IMG/VR virus record: IMGVR_UViG_2718218136_000003
Direction: 5' to 3' (one strand)
DNA length: 35,535 bases
Source: a virus
Taxonomy: Duplodnaviria; Heunggongvirae; Uroviricota; Caudoviricetes
Made by a program: the position numbers and the translations under genes. Below the pieces are notes generated by a model. It was not told where the DNA came from. It worked only from the letters and a program-made list of their open reading frames with translations, and searched no databases. Shown here one piece after another: positions 27,180 through 35,535 of the stretch (the first letter of the stretch is position 1; each line of letters opens with the position of its first letter).

Positions 27180-27298
27180 GGCGGATTACCCGCCTTTTCT
27201 TTGTCTGTTGTTTCATCCCCTGACCAGCCAGGTCAAATAGCGTCTCATGCTCTGCACAACAGAAAATAGTTGCACCCATTAACCACGGAGTTAAACGG
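27180..27298 (+). promoter_or_regulatory. Late promoter region for the FI-FII-E-T-U-D operon; contains TGTTGT motif at 27208-27213
   Basis: Position upstream of FI; motif shared with regions upstream of O and V. Confidence 0.45.
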
Positions 27299-28489
27299 AT
27301 GAGTGACTATCATCACGGCGTGCAGGTGCTGGAGATTAACGACGGCACCCGCGTCATTTCCACCGTATCCACGGCCATTGTCGGCATGGTCTGCACGGCC
27401 AGCGATGCGGATGCGGAAACCTTCCCCCTCAATAAACCGGTGCTGATTACTAATGTGCAGAGCGCAATTGCAAAGGCCGGTAAAAAAGGCACGCTGGCGG
27501 CGTCGTTACAGGCCATCGCTGACCAGTCAAAACCGGTCACCGTTGTTGTGCGCGTGGAAGACGGCACCGGCGACGACGAGGAAACGAAACTTGCGCAGAC
27601 CGTTTCCAATATCATCGGCACCACCGACGAAAACGGTCAGTACACCGGACTGAAAGCCCTGCTGGCGGCGGAGTCGGTAACCGGTGTTAAACCGCGCATT
27701 CTCGGTGTGCCGGGACTGGACACCAAAGAGGTGGCTGTTGCACTGGCATCAGTCTGTCAGAAGCTGCGCGCTTTCGGGTATATCAGCGCATGGGGCTGTA
27801 AGACCATTTCCGAGGTGAAAGCCTACCGCCAGAATTTCAGCCAGCGTGAGCTGATGGTCATCTGGCCGGATTTCCTCGCATGGGATACGGTCACCAGTAC
27901 CACCGCCACCGCGTATGCCACCGCCCGTGCGCTGGGGCTGCGTGCCAGAATCGACCAGGAGCAGGGCTGGCATAAAACGCTGTCCAATGTCGGGGTGAAC
28001 GGTGTTACCGGCATCAGCGCATCTGTATTCTGGGATTTGCAGGAGTCCGGCACCGATGCTGACCTGCTTAACGAGTCAGGCGTTACTACGCTGATTCGCC
28101 GCGACGGTTTCCGCTTCTGGGGTAACCGTACCTGCTCTGATGACCCGCTGTTCCTCTTTGAAAACTACACCCGCACCGCGCAGGTGCTGGCCGACACGAT
28201 GGCTGAGGCGCACATGTGGGCGGTGGACAAGCCCATCACCGCAACGCTGATTCGCGACATCGTTGACGGCATCAATGCCAAATTCCGTGAGCTGAAAACA
28301 AACGGCTATATCGTGGATGCGACCTGCTGGTTCAGCGAAGAATCCAACGATGCGGAAACCCTCAAGGCCGGAAAACTGTATATCGACTACGACTATACCC
28401 CGGTGCCTCCTCTTGAAAACCTGACCCTGCGCCAGCGTATTACTGATAAATACCTGGCAAATCTGGTCACCTCGGTTAACAGCAATTAA
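27299..28489 (+). CDS. FI: Tail sheath protein FI, 396 aa
   Basis: 396-aa ORF, P2 FI length and position. Confidence 0.9.
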   Translation: MSDYHHGVQVLEINDGTRVISTVSTAIVGMVCTASDADAETFPLNKPVLITNVQSAIAKAGKKGTLAASLQAIADQSKPVTVVVRVEDGTGDDEETKLAQTVSNIIGTTDENGQYTGLKALLAAESVTGVKPRILGVPGLDTKEVAVALASVCQKLRAFGYISAWGCKTISEVKAYRQNFSQRELMVIWPDFLAWDTVTSTTATAYATARALGLRARIDQEQGWHKTLSNVGVNGVTGISASVFWDLQESGTDADLLNESGVTTLIRRDGFRFWGNRTCSDDPLFLFENYTRTAQVLADTMAEAHMWAVDKPITATLIRDIVDGINAKFRELKTNGYIVDATCWFSEESNDAETLKAGKLYIDYDYTPVPPLENLTLRQRITDKYLANLVTSVNSN

Positions 28490-28501
28490 GGAGCCTGACC
28501 G

Positions 28502-29020
28502 ATGGCAATGCCGCGCAAACTCAAATACATGAATGTCTTTCTGAACGGCTACAGCTATCAGGGCGTTGCAAATTCCGTCACGCTGCCAAAACTGACCCGT
28601 AAGCTCGAAAACTATCGCGGTGCGGGGATGAACGGCAGCGCACCGGTAGACCTCGGCCTTGATGATGATGCGCTGTCAATGGAGTGGTCGCTCGGGGGCT
28701 TCCCGGATTCGGTTATCTGGGAGCTTTACGCTGCAACCAGTGCTGATGCCGTACCGATTCGTTTTGCTGGTTCTTACCAGCGCGACGATACCGGCGAAAC
28801 GGTGGCCGTCGAAGTGGTCATGCGTGGGCGTCAGAAAGAAGTCGACACCGGAGAGGGTAAACAGGGAGAGGATACCGAATCGAAACTCCCGGTGATTTGT
28901 ACTTATTTCAAGTTGACGATGGACGGTAAGGAGCTGGTCGAAATCGACACCATCAACATGATTGAGAAGGTGAACGGCGTCGACCGGCTGGAGCAACACC
29001 GCCGTAATATCGGCCTGTGA
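28502..29020 (+). CDS. FII: Tail tube protein FII, 172 aa
   Basis: 172-aa ORF, P2 FII length and position. Confidence 0.9.
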   Translation: MAMPRKLKYMNVFLNGYSYQGVANSVTLPKLTRKLENYRGAGMNGSAPVDLGLDDDALSMEWSLGGFPDSVIWELYAATSADAVPIRFAGSYQRDDTGETVAVEVVMRGRQKEVDTGEGKQGEDTESKLPVICTYFKLTMDGKELVEIDTINMIEKVNGVDRLEQHRRNIGL

Positions 29021-29076
29021 TTTTCATACGGTCAGCCAGGCTGACCGGTTAACCCTGATTCAGAAGTGAGAAAACC

Positions 29077-29352
29077 ATGAACAAAGAAAATGTGATTACC
29101 CTGGACAATCCGGTCAAACGTGGTGAGCAGGTTATCGAACAGGTCACGCTGATGAAACCCAATGCCGGGACGCTGCGCGGTGTCAGTCTGGCAGCGGTCG
29201 CGAACTCCGAAGTCGATGCACTGATTAAGGTGCTGCCGCGCATGACAGCACCGATGCTGACCGAGCAGGAGGTCGCCGCGCTGGAACTGCCTGACCTTGT
29301 GGCGCTGGCCGGTAAGGTGGTCGGTTTTTTGTCGCCGAACTCGGTGCAGTGA
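29077..29352 (+). CDS. E: Tail assembly chaperone E, 91 aa
   Basis: 91-aa ORF before the tape measure gene, P2 E length. Confidence 0.85.
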   Translation: MNKENVITLDNPVKRGEQVIEQVTLMKPNAGTLRGVSLAAVANSEVDALIKVLPRMTAPMLTEQEVAALELPDLVALAGKVVGFLSPNSVQ

Positions 29353-29504
29353 CGTTTCCGAAAAATCTCTCGGTCGATGACCTGATGGCGGATGTGGCTG
29401 TGATATTTCACTGGCCGCCATCAGAACTGTACCCCATGAGCCTGACCGAACTCATCACATGGCGCGAAAAGGCGCTCCGGCGAAGCGGAAACACGAATGA
29501 GTAA
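29077..29504 (+). CDS. E': E+E' fusion product made by programmed -1 ribosomal frameshift at slippery heptamer T_TTT_TTG (29325-29331), about 142 aa
   Basis: Heptamer sits in the X_XXY_YYZ register of the E frame; -1 frame is open from 29331 to TAA at 29502-29504, overlapping the T start. Confidence 0.75.
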
Positions 29505-31944
29505 CAATGTAAAATTACAAGTATTGCTCAGGGCTGTTGACCAGGCATCCCGCCCGTTTAAATCCATCCGCACAGCGAGTAAGTCGCTGTCGGGGGATAT
29601 CCGGGAAACACAAAAATCACTGCGCGAGCTGAACGGTCACGCATCCCGTATTGAGGGATTCCGCAAGACCAGTGCACAGCTCGCCGTGACTGGTCAGGAA
29701 CTGAAAAAAGCCAGACAGGAAGCCGCAGCTCTGGCTGTCCAGTTTAAAAATACTGAACGACCGACAAATGCACAGGCAAAGGCAATGGAAGCCGCGCGTA
29801 AAAATGCGTCTGAGTTACAGGCGAAATATAACAGCCTGAGATTGTCGGTACAGCGTCAGCGTCAGGAATTGAGTCAGGCGGGTATTAATACCCGTAATCT
29901 GGCGCATGATGAACGAGGACTGAAAAACCGTATCAGTGAAACCACCGCACAGCTTAACCGTCAGCGTGACGCGCTGGCGCGTGTCAGTGCGCAACAGGCA
30001 AAACTTAACGCAGTAAAAAAGCGTTATCAGGCAGGCAAGGAACTGGCCGGAAATATGGCCTCAGTGGGCGCTGCCGGTGTGGGGATTGCGGCGGCGGGAA
30101 CGATGGCCGGAGTTAAGCTGCTGATGCCCGGTTATGAGTTTGCGCAGAAAAACTCAGAATTACAGGCTGTGATCGGAGTGGCAAAAGACTCCGCCGAAAT
30201 GACCGCACTACGCAAACAGGCGCGCCAGCTCGGCGACAATACCGCCGCCTCGGCGGATGATGCGGCCGGTGCACAGATAATCATCGCGAAAGCGGGTGGG
30301 GATGTTGATGCCATTCAGGCGGCAACGCCGGTCACGCTGAATATGGCGCTGGCGAACCGCCGCACGATGGAAGAAAACGCCGCCCTGCTGATGGGGATGA
30401 AATCCGCCTTTCAGCTTTCAAACGATAAGGTCGCTCATATCGGGGATGTTCTCTCCATGACGATGAACAAAACCGCCGCCGATTTTGACGGCATGAGCGA
30501 TGCGCTGACCTATGCCGCACCTGTGGCAAAAAATGCCGGTGTCAGCATTGAAGAAACCGCCGCAATGGTCGGGGCGCTGCATGATGCAAAAATCACAGGC
30601 TCAATGGCGGGGACGGGAAGCCGTGCCGTGTTAAGCCGTCTGCAGGCACCGACGGGAAAAGCATGGGATGCACTCAAAGAGCTTGGAGTGAAAACCTCAG
30701 ATAGTAAGGGAAACACCCGGCCAATATTTACCATTCTGAAAGAAATGCAGGCCAGTTTTGAGAAAAACCGGCTCGGTACTGCCCAGCAGGCTGAATACAT
30801 GAAAACTATTTTCGGGGAGGAGGCCAGCTCAGCCGCCGCCGTGCTGATGACTGCCGCCTCAACCGGAAAGCTGGACAAACTGACCGCTGCGTTTAAAGCC
30901 TCAGACGGGAAGACCGCCGAGCTGGTAAATATCATGCAGGACAACCTCGGCGGTGACTTTAAGGAGTTTCAGTCCGCTTATGAGGCGGTGGGGACTGACC
31001 TGTTTGACCAGCAGGAAGGCGCGCTGCGTAAGCTCACGCAGACGGCCACAAAGTATGTGTTAAAACTCGACGGCTGGATCAAGAAAAACAAATCACTGGC
31101 GTCAACCATCGGCCTCATTGTCGGTGGCGCACTGGCGCTTACTGGCATCATCGGTGCAATCGGTCTTGTAGCCTGGCCGGTTATCACCGGCATTAATGCC
31201 ATCATCGCGGCAGCAGGCGCAATGGGGGCAATCTTCACGACGGTTGGCAGTGCTGTTATGACCGCCATCGGGGCGATTAGCTGGCCGGTTGTGGCTGTGG
31301 TGGCCGCCATTGTCGCCGGGGCGTTACTTATCCGTAAATACTGGGAGCCTGTCAGCGCATTCTTTGGCGGTGTGGTTGAAGGGCTGAAAGCGGCATTTGC
31401 GCCGGTGGGGGAACTGTTCACGCCACTGAATCCGGTGTTTGACTGGCTGGGCGAAAAGTTACAGGCCGCGTGGCAGTGGTTTAAAAACCTGATTGCCCCG
31501 GTTAAAGCCACCCAGGACACCCTGAACCGTTGCCGTGACACGGGCGTCATGTTCGGGCAGGCACTGGCTGACGCGTTGATGCTGCCGCTTAATGCGTTCA
31601 ACAAACTGCGCAGTGGTATTGACTGGGTACTGGAAAAACTCGGTGTTATCAACAAAGAGTCAGACACACTTGACCAGACCGCCGCCAGAACTCATGCCGC
31701 CACGTATGGCACCGGTGGTTATATTCCGGCGACCAGTTCTTATGCAGGCTATCAGGCTTATCAGCCGGTCACGGCACCGGCTGGCCGCTCTTATGTGGAC
31801 CAGAGTAAAAACGAATATCACATCAACCTGACGGGTGGTACTGCGCCGGGGACACAGCTTGACCGCCAGTTACAGGATGCGCTCGAAAAATACGAGCGGG
31901 ATAAACGTGCGCGCGCCCGTGCCAGCATGATGCATGACGGTTAA
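29497..31944 (+). CDS. T: Tail tape measure protein T, 815 aa
   Basis: 815-aa ORF with coiled-coil N-terminal half and hydrophobic Gly/Ala-rich segment, P2 T length. Confidence 0.9.
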   Translation: MSNNVKLQVLLRAVDQASRPFKSIRTASKSLSGDIRETQKSLRELNGHASRIEGFRKTSAQLAVTGQELKKARQEAAALAVQFKNTERPTNAQAKAMEAARKNASELQAKYNSLRLSVQRQRQELSQAGINTRNLAHDERGLKNRISETTAQLNRQRDALARVSAQQAKLNAVKKRYQAGKELAGNMASVGAAGVGIAAAGTMAGVKLLMPGYEFAQKNSELQAVIGVAKDSAEMTALRKQARQLGDNTAASADDAAGAQIIIAKAGGDVDAIQAATPVTLNMALANRRTMEENAALLMGMKSAFQLSNDKVAHIGDVLSMTMNKTAADFDGMSDALTYAAPVAKNAGVSIEETAAMVGALHDAKITGSMAGTGSRAVLSRLQAPTGKAWDALKELGVKTSDSKGNTRPIFTILKEMQASFEKNRLGTAQQAEYMKTIFGEEASSAAAVLMTAASTGKLDKLTAAFKASDGKTAELVNIMQDNLGGDFKEFQSAYEAVGTDLFDQQEGALRKLTQTATKYVLKLDGWIKKNKSLASTIGLIVGGALALTGIIGAIGLVAWPVITGINAIIAAAGAMGAIFTTVGSAVMTAIGAISWPVVAVVAAIVAGALLIRKYWEPVSAFFGGVVEGLKAAFAPVGELFTPLNPVFDWLGEKLQAAWQWFKNLIAPVKATQDTLNRCRDTGVMFGQALADALMLPLNAFNKLRSGIDWVLEKLGVINKESDTLDQTAARTHAATYGTGGYIPATSSYAGYQAYQPVTAPAGRSYVDQSKNEYHINLTGGTAPGTQLDRQLQDALEKYERDKRARARASMMHDG

Positions 31945-31958
31945 GGAGGTGACGAAAA

Positions 31959-32438
31959 ATGATGCTCGCGTTAGGTATGTTTGTTTTTATGCGCCAGACG
32001 TTGCCACACCAGACCATGCAGCGTGAATCAGATTATCGCTGGCCGTCAAATTCCCGTATCGGTAAACGGGATGCCTACCAGTTTCTCGGTGTTGGTGAGG
32101 AAAACATGACGCTGGCCGGTGTGCTTTATCCCGAACTGACCGGCGGCAAGCTGACGATGACCACGCTCAGGCTGATGGCAGAGGAAGGCCGGGCGTGGCC
32201 GTTGCTGGATGGCACCGGCATGATTTACGGCATGTATGTCATCAGCAGGGTGAGTGAAACAGGGAGTATTTTCTTTGCAGACGGCACACCCCGGAAAATT
32301 GATTTTACGCTGTCGCTCACCCGCGTTGATGAATCACTGGCCGCGCTTTATGGCGATATCGGTAAACAGGCGGAGTCGCTCATCGGTAAGGCTGGCAGTA
32401 TGGCGACTAAATTCACGGGTATGACGGGGGTGGGATAA
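31959..32438 (+). CDS. U: Tail protein U, 159 aa
   Basis: 159-aa ORF, P2 U length and position. Confidence 0.85.
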   Translation: MMLALGMFVFMRQTLPHQTMQRESDYRWPSNSRIGKRDAYQFLGVGEENMTLAGVLYPELTGGKLTMTTLRLMAEEGRAWPLLDGTGMIYGMYVISRVSETGSIFFADGTPRKIDFTLSLTRVDESLAALYGDIGKQAESLIGKAGSMATKFTGMTGVG

Positions 32439-33601
32439 TGCTGGATGCGCTGACATTTGATGCAGGCAGTACGCTGACGCCGGATTATATGCTGATGCTC
32501 GACAGCAGGGATATTACCGGCAATATCAGCGACCGTCTGATGAGCATGACCCTGACGGATAACCGGGGCTTTGAGGCTGACCAGCTTGATATTGAACTGA
32601 ACGATGCCGACGGGCAGGTCGGACTACCGATTCGTGGCGCTGTCCTGACGGTGTATATCGGCTGGAAAGGTTTTGCCCTGGTATGCAAAGGGAAATTTAC
32701 CGTTGATGAGGTTGAACACCGGGGCGCACCGGATGTGGTCACCATCCGCGCCCGGAGTGCAGATTTTCGCGGGACGCTCAATTCCCGCCGTGAAGGCTCA
32801 TGGCATGACACCACGCTCGGTGCGATTGTTGAGGCGATTGCCTCCCGTAACAGGCTGGAAGCCAGTGTCGCGCCGTCACTGGCCGGAATTAAAATCCCGC
32901 ACATCGACCAGTCGCAGGAGTCTGATGCGAAATTCCTGACCCGCCTTGCTGAACGCAACGGCGGTGATGTGTCGGTAAAAATGGGAAAACTGCTGTTTCT
33001 CAAAGCGGGGCAGGGGGTGACTGCCAGCGGTAAAAAAACCCCGCAGATTACCATCACCCGCAGCGACGGTGACCGTCATCATTTTGCGATTGCTGACCGT
33101 GGAGCCTACACCGGTGTAACGGCAAAATGGCTACACACTAAAGACCCGAAGCCGCAAAAGCAGAAGGTAAAACTGAAACGCAAAAAGAAAGAGAAACACC
33201 TGCGCGCACTGGAGCACCCGAAAGCGAAACCGGTCAGGCAGAAGAAAGCGCCAAAAGTACCGGAAGCGCGCGAAGGTGAATACATGGCCGGTGAGGCTGA
33301 CAACGTTTTTGCCCTGACCACGGTATATGCCACGAAAGCGCAGGCCATGCGCGCCGCTCAGGCGAAGTGGGATAAACTGCAACGGGGCGTCGCGGAGTTC
33401 TCCATCAGTCTGGCTATCGGTCGGGCAGATATTTACACGGAAACGCCGGTCAAAGTGTCAGGCTTTAAGCGCGTCATAGACGAGCAGGACTGGACAATCA
33501 CTAAGGTGACACATTTTCTGAATAATAGCGGCTTCACGACGTCCTTGGAGCTTGAGGTCAGGCTTTCTGATGTGGAGTACGAAACAGAAGATGATGAGTG
33601 A
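32438..33601 (+). CDS. D: Tail protein D (late control gene D), 387 aa
   Basis: 387-aa ORF, P2 D length and position. Confidence 0.88.
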   Translation: MLDALTFDAGSTLTPDYMLMLDSRDITGNISDRLMSMTLTDNRGFEADQLDIELNDADGQVGLPIRGAVLTVYIGWKGFALVCKGKFTVDEVEHRGAPDVVTIRARSADFRGTLNSRREGSWHDTTLGAIVEAIASRNRLEASVAPSLAGIKIPHIDQSQESDAKFLTRLAERNGGDVSVKMGKLLFLKAGQGVTASGKKTPQITITRSDGDRHHFAIADRGAYTGVTAKWLHTKDPKPQKQKVKLKRKKKEKHLRALEHPKAKPVRQKKAPKVPEAREGEYMAGEADNVFALTTVYATKAQAMRAAQAKWDKLQRGVAEFSISLAIGRADIYTETPVKVSGFKRVIDEQDWTITKVTHFLNNSGFTTSLELEVRLSDVEYETEDDE

Positions 33602-33682
33602 TGTATTTTGTTTATCTGTTTGTTTTATAAAGATAAATTAACTAAAATGGCACTATCAACAAAACCGGAAGAGGTGCTCGCG

Positions 33683-33901
33683 ATGTTTCATTGTCCTTTA
33701 TGCCAGCATGCCGCACATGCGCGTACAAGCCGCTATATCACTGACACGACAAAAGAGCGTTATCACCAGTGCCAGAACGTGAATTGCAGCGCCACGTTCA
33801 TCACCTATGAGTCGGTACAGCGATACATCGTGAAGCCGGGAGAAGTCCACGCCGTAAGGCCGCACCCGTTGCCGTCAGGGCAGCAAATTATGTGGATGTA
33901 A
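33683..33901 (+). CDS. ogr: Late-gene transcriptional activator Ogr (zinc finger), 72 aa
   Basis: ORF 33608-33901 trimmed to MFHCPLCQHAAHARTSRYITDTTKERYHQCQNVNCSATF…, the C4 zinc-finger protein of P2 as I recall it; last gene before attR. Confidence 0.9.
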   Translation: MFHCPLCQHAAHARTSRYITDTTKERYHQCQNVNCSATFITYESVQRYIVKPGEVHAVRPHPLPSGQQIMWM

Positions 33902-33911
33902 TTACAAACAG

Positions 33912-33938
33912 GAAGCCCCTCAGTCGAGGGGCTTTTTT
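33912..33938 (+). terminator. Rho-independent terminator after ogr (AAGCCCCTC-loop-GAGGGGCTT followed by TTTTTT)
   Basis: 9-bp GC-rich stem with a T-run immediately downstream of the ogr stop. Confidence 0.8.
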
Positions 33939-34001
33939 GTCGATGTGGTCAATGTGTGGACGTGACCAGAAATAAATCCTTTTATTTCATTGTATTACGC
34001 G

Positions 34002-34029
34002 TAAAAAATAAGCCCGTGTAAGGGAGATT
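34002..34029. repeat. attR core: TAAAAAATAAGCCCGTGTAAGGGAGATT, identical to attL core
   Basis: Exact 28-nt match to 1790-1817; overlaps the 3' terminator of cyaR. Confidence 0.85.
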
Positions 34030-34089
34030 ACACAGGCTAAGGAGGTGGTTCCTGGTACAGCTAGCATTTTATGGGTTATGTTTTTCAGC
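34003..34089 (-). ncRNA. cyaR: CyaR (RyeE) Hfq-dependent sRNA, about 87 nt
   Basis: Minus-strand sequence GCTGAAAAACATAACCCATAAAATGCTAGCTGTACCAGGAACCACCTCCTTAGCCTGTGTAATCTCCCTTACACGGGCTTATTTTTT matches CyaR as I recall it; ends in a terminator hairpin plus U-tract; lies between ogr and yegQ as in E. coli. Confidence 0.8.
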
Positions 34090-34173
34090 GAAACGGATGA
34101 TAACCTTAATAAATGCAGCTGTATGTGATCGGTTTCTAAGAATTTTCCATCCGGGAAAAATAATCGAAATTAA

Positions 34174-35535
34174 TCACTTACCGTGGGGATTACGCGTGGT
34201 TTCCCCGGAGAAATTACGCATCAGCAGCGCGTAATTGAGCTCAAGATCCTGCGGGACCGGGAGCCACACAGTATAACCATCGCCTGGTGCTATCGGCATA
34301 GCTTCGCCTTTGGCGTTTTCCATGTGCTCAAGGGTAAAATTAATGTTGCCTTGCGGCGTCATCAGCTCAAGGCTGTCGCCAACGGAGAATTTATTTTTCA
34401 CCGCTACCGCCGCGAGGTCCCCCTTGCGCTCACCGGTAAACTCACCAACAAACTGCTGGCGGTCAGAAACTGAATAACCGTATTCGTAGTTCTGATAATC
34501 GTCGTGAGTATGACGACGCAGGAAACCTTCGGTATAGCCACGATGCGCCAGACCTTCCAGAGTTTCCAGCAGGCTGGTATCGAACGGTTTTCCCGCAGCG
34601 GCGTCATCGATAGCTTTGCGGTAAACCTGTGCGGTGCGTGCACAATAGTAGAAAGATTTGGTACGACCTTCGATTTTCAGCGAATGCACGCCCATTTTGG
34701 TCAGGCGTTCTACATGGGCGATGGCGCGCAGATCTTTCGAGTTCATGATGTAAGTGCCGTGCTCATCTTCAAACGCGGTCATATACTCGCCCGGACGCTG
34801 GGCCTCTTCGATCATAAACACTTTGTCGGTTGGTGCGCCGATACCCAGCGTCGGCTCAACATTTTGCACCGGAATCGGCTCGTACTTGTGTACGATGTTG
34901 CCAACATCATCTTCTTTCCCTTCCTGGACGTTGTACTCCCAGCGGCAGGCGTTGGTGCAGGTGCCCTGGTTCGGGTCGCGCTTGTTGATATAGCCAGAGA
35001 GCAGGCAGCGACCGGAGTAGGCCATGCACAGCGCGCCGTGAACGAAGATCTCGATCTCCATATCCGGCACCTGATTGCGGATCTCTTCAATCTCTTCCAG
35101 CGACAGCTCGCGAGAGAGGATCACGCGGGTCAGGCCCATTTGCTGCCAGAATTTCACCGTCGCCCAGTTCACGGCGTTAGCCTGCACCGAAAGGTGGATC
35201 GGCATTTCAGGGAAGTGCTCACGCACCAGCATAATCAGCCCTGGATCGGACATAATCAGCGCATCCGGCCCCATTTCCACCACCGGTTTCAGGTCACGGA
35301 TAAAGGTTTTCAGCTTGGCGTTGTGCGGTGCAATGTTGACCACGACATAAAACTTTTTCCCCAGCGCGTGGGCTTCATTGATGCCGAGCTGAAGATTTTC
35401 GTGGTTGAATTCGTTGTTGCGCACACGCAGGGAATAACGCGGCTGGCCCGCATAAACAGCATCTGCGCCATAAGCGAAAGCGTAACGCATATTTTTCAGC
35501 GTTCCCGCCGGGGAAAGGAGTTCCGGTTTAAACAT
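34174..35535 (-). CDS. yegQ: Peptidase U32 family protein YegQ (tRNA hydroxylation protein), complete 453 aa
   Basis: Full-length minus-strand ORF starting at the window edge (ATG at 35533-35535); U32 family features including a Cys-rich segment (CMAYSGRC…CTNACRWEY); backbone-like GC content. Confidence 0.85.
   Translation of the reverse strand: MFKPELLSPAGTLKNMRYAFAYGADAVYAGQPRYSLRVRNNEFNHENLQLGINEAHALGKKFYVVVNIAPHNAKLKTFIRDLKPVVEMGPDALIMSDPGLIMLVREHFPEMPIHLSVQANAVNWATVKFWQQMGLTRVILSRELSLEEIEEIRNQVPDMEIEIFVHGALCMAYSGRCLLSGYINKRDPNQGTCTNACRWEYNVQEGKEDDVGNIVHKYEPIPVQNVEPTLGIGAPTDKVFMIEEAQRPGEYMTAFEDEHGTYIMNSKDLRAIAHVERLTKMGVHSLKIEGRTKSFYYCARTAQVYRKAIDDAAAGKPFDTSLLETLEGLAHRGYTEGFLRRHTHDDYQNYEYGYSVSDRQQFVGEFTGERKGDLAAVAVKNKFSVGDSLELMTPQGNINFTLEHMENAKGEAMPIAPGDGYTVWLPVPQDLELNYALLMRNFSGETTRNPHGK

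Larger units (their letters stand above)
1790..34029. mobile_element. Complete P2-like (Peduovirus-type) prophage bounded by 28-bp direct repeats
   Basis: Identical 28-bp repeat at both ends; tyrosine integrase adjacent to left end and ogr adjacent to right end; full complement of P2 early, replication, capsid, lysis, tail and late-control genes in P2 order with P2-like product sizes. Confidence 0.93.

Noticed and set aside
27313-33382. Numerous ORFs on both strands inside FI, FII, T, U and D (for example 30978-31667 minus, 32485-33057 minus)
   Set aside because: Shadow ORFs within long GC-rich tail genes; the sense genes match P2 sizes and order.
1790-34089. tRNA gene at the integration site
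   Set aside because: No cloverleaf-like sequence is evident at either att; the core instead matches the 3' terminator of the sRNA gene cyaR.
34183-35350. ORFs 34183-34473 (plus), 34404-34643 (minus), 34754-34993 (plus), 34812-35090 (minus), 35075-35350 (plus)
   Set aside because: Embedded in or antisense to the full-length yegQ gene.

Overview
The window is an Escherichia-type chromosomal interval (yegS-yegR on the left, cyaR-yegQ on the right) carrying a complete, apparently intact P2-like (Peduovirus-type) prophage of about 32 kb. The prophage is bounded by a 28-bp direct repeat (attL 1790-1817, attR 34002-34029) that coincides with the 3' terminator end of the sRNA gene cyaR. Gene order is fully syntenic with P2: int, C, cox, orf78, B, orf80-83, A, orf91, cargo, cos, Q, P, O, N, M, L, X, Y, K, lysA/B/C, R, S, cargo, V, W, J, I, H, G, cargo, FI, FII, E/E', T, U, D, ogr. 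Most product sizes match P2 exactly; protein identifications rest on my recall of P2 family sequences and gene order, not on a database search. The three variable slots of P2-like phages (tin/old, orf30, Z/fun) are all filled with visibly AT-rich genes encoding uncharacterised membrane-anchored proteins. The most interesting is the tin/old slot, where two two-TM proteins are each preceded by a copy of a ~60-bp leader repeat; this is a candidate undescribed superinfection-exclusion or anti-phage module, with function unproven. Other points of note are a programmed -1 frameshift site for E/E', overlapped lysB/lysC genes, a 132-bp tandem repeat array inside tail fibre gene H, the 19-nt cos site, Int arm-type repeats on both arms, and a short relic of an older prophage arm in the left flank.
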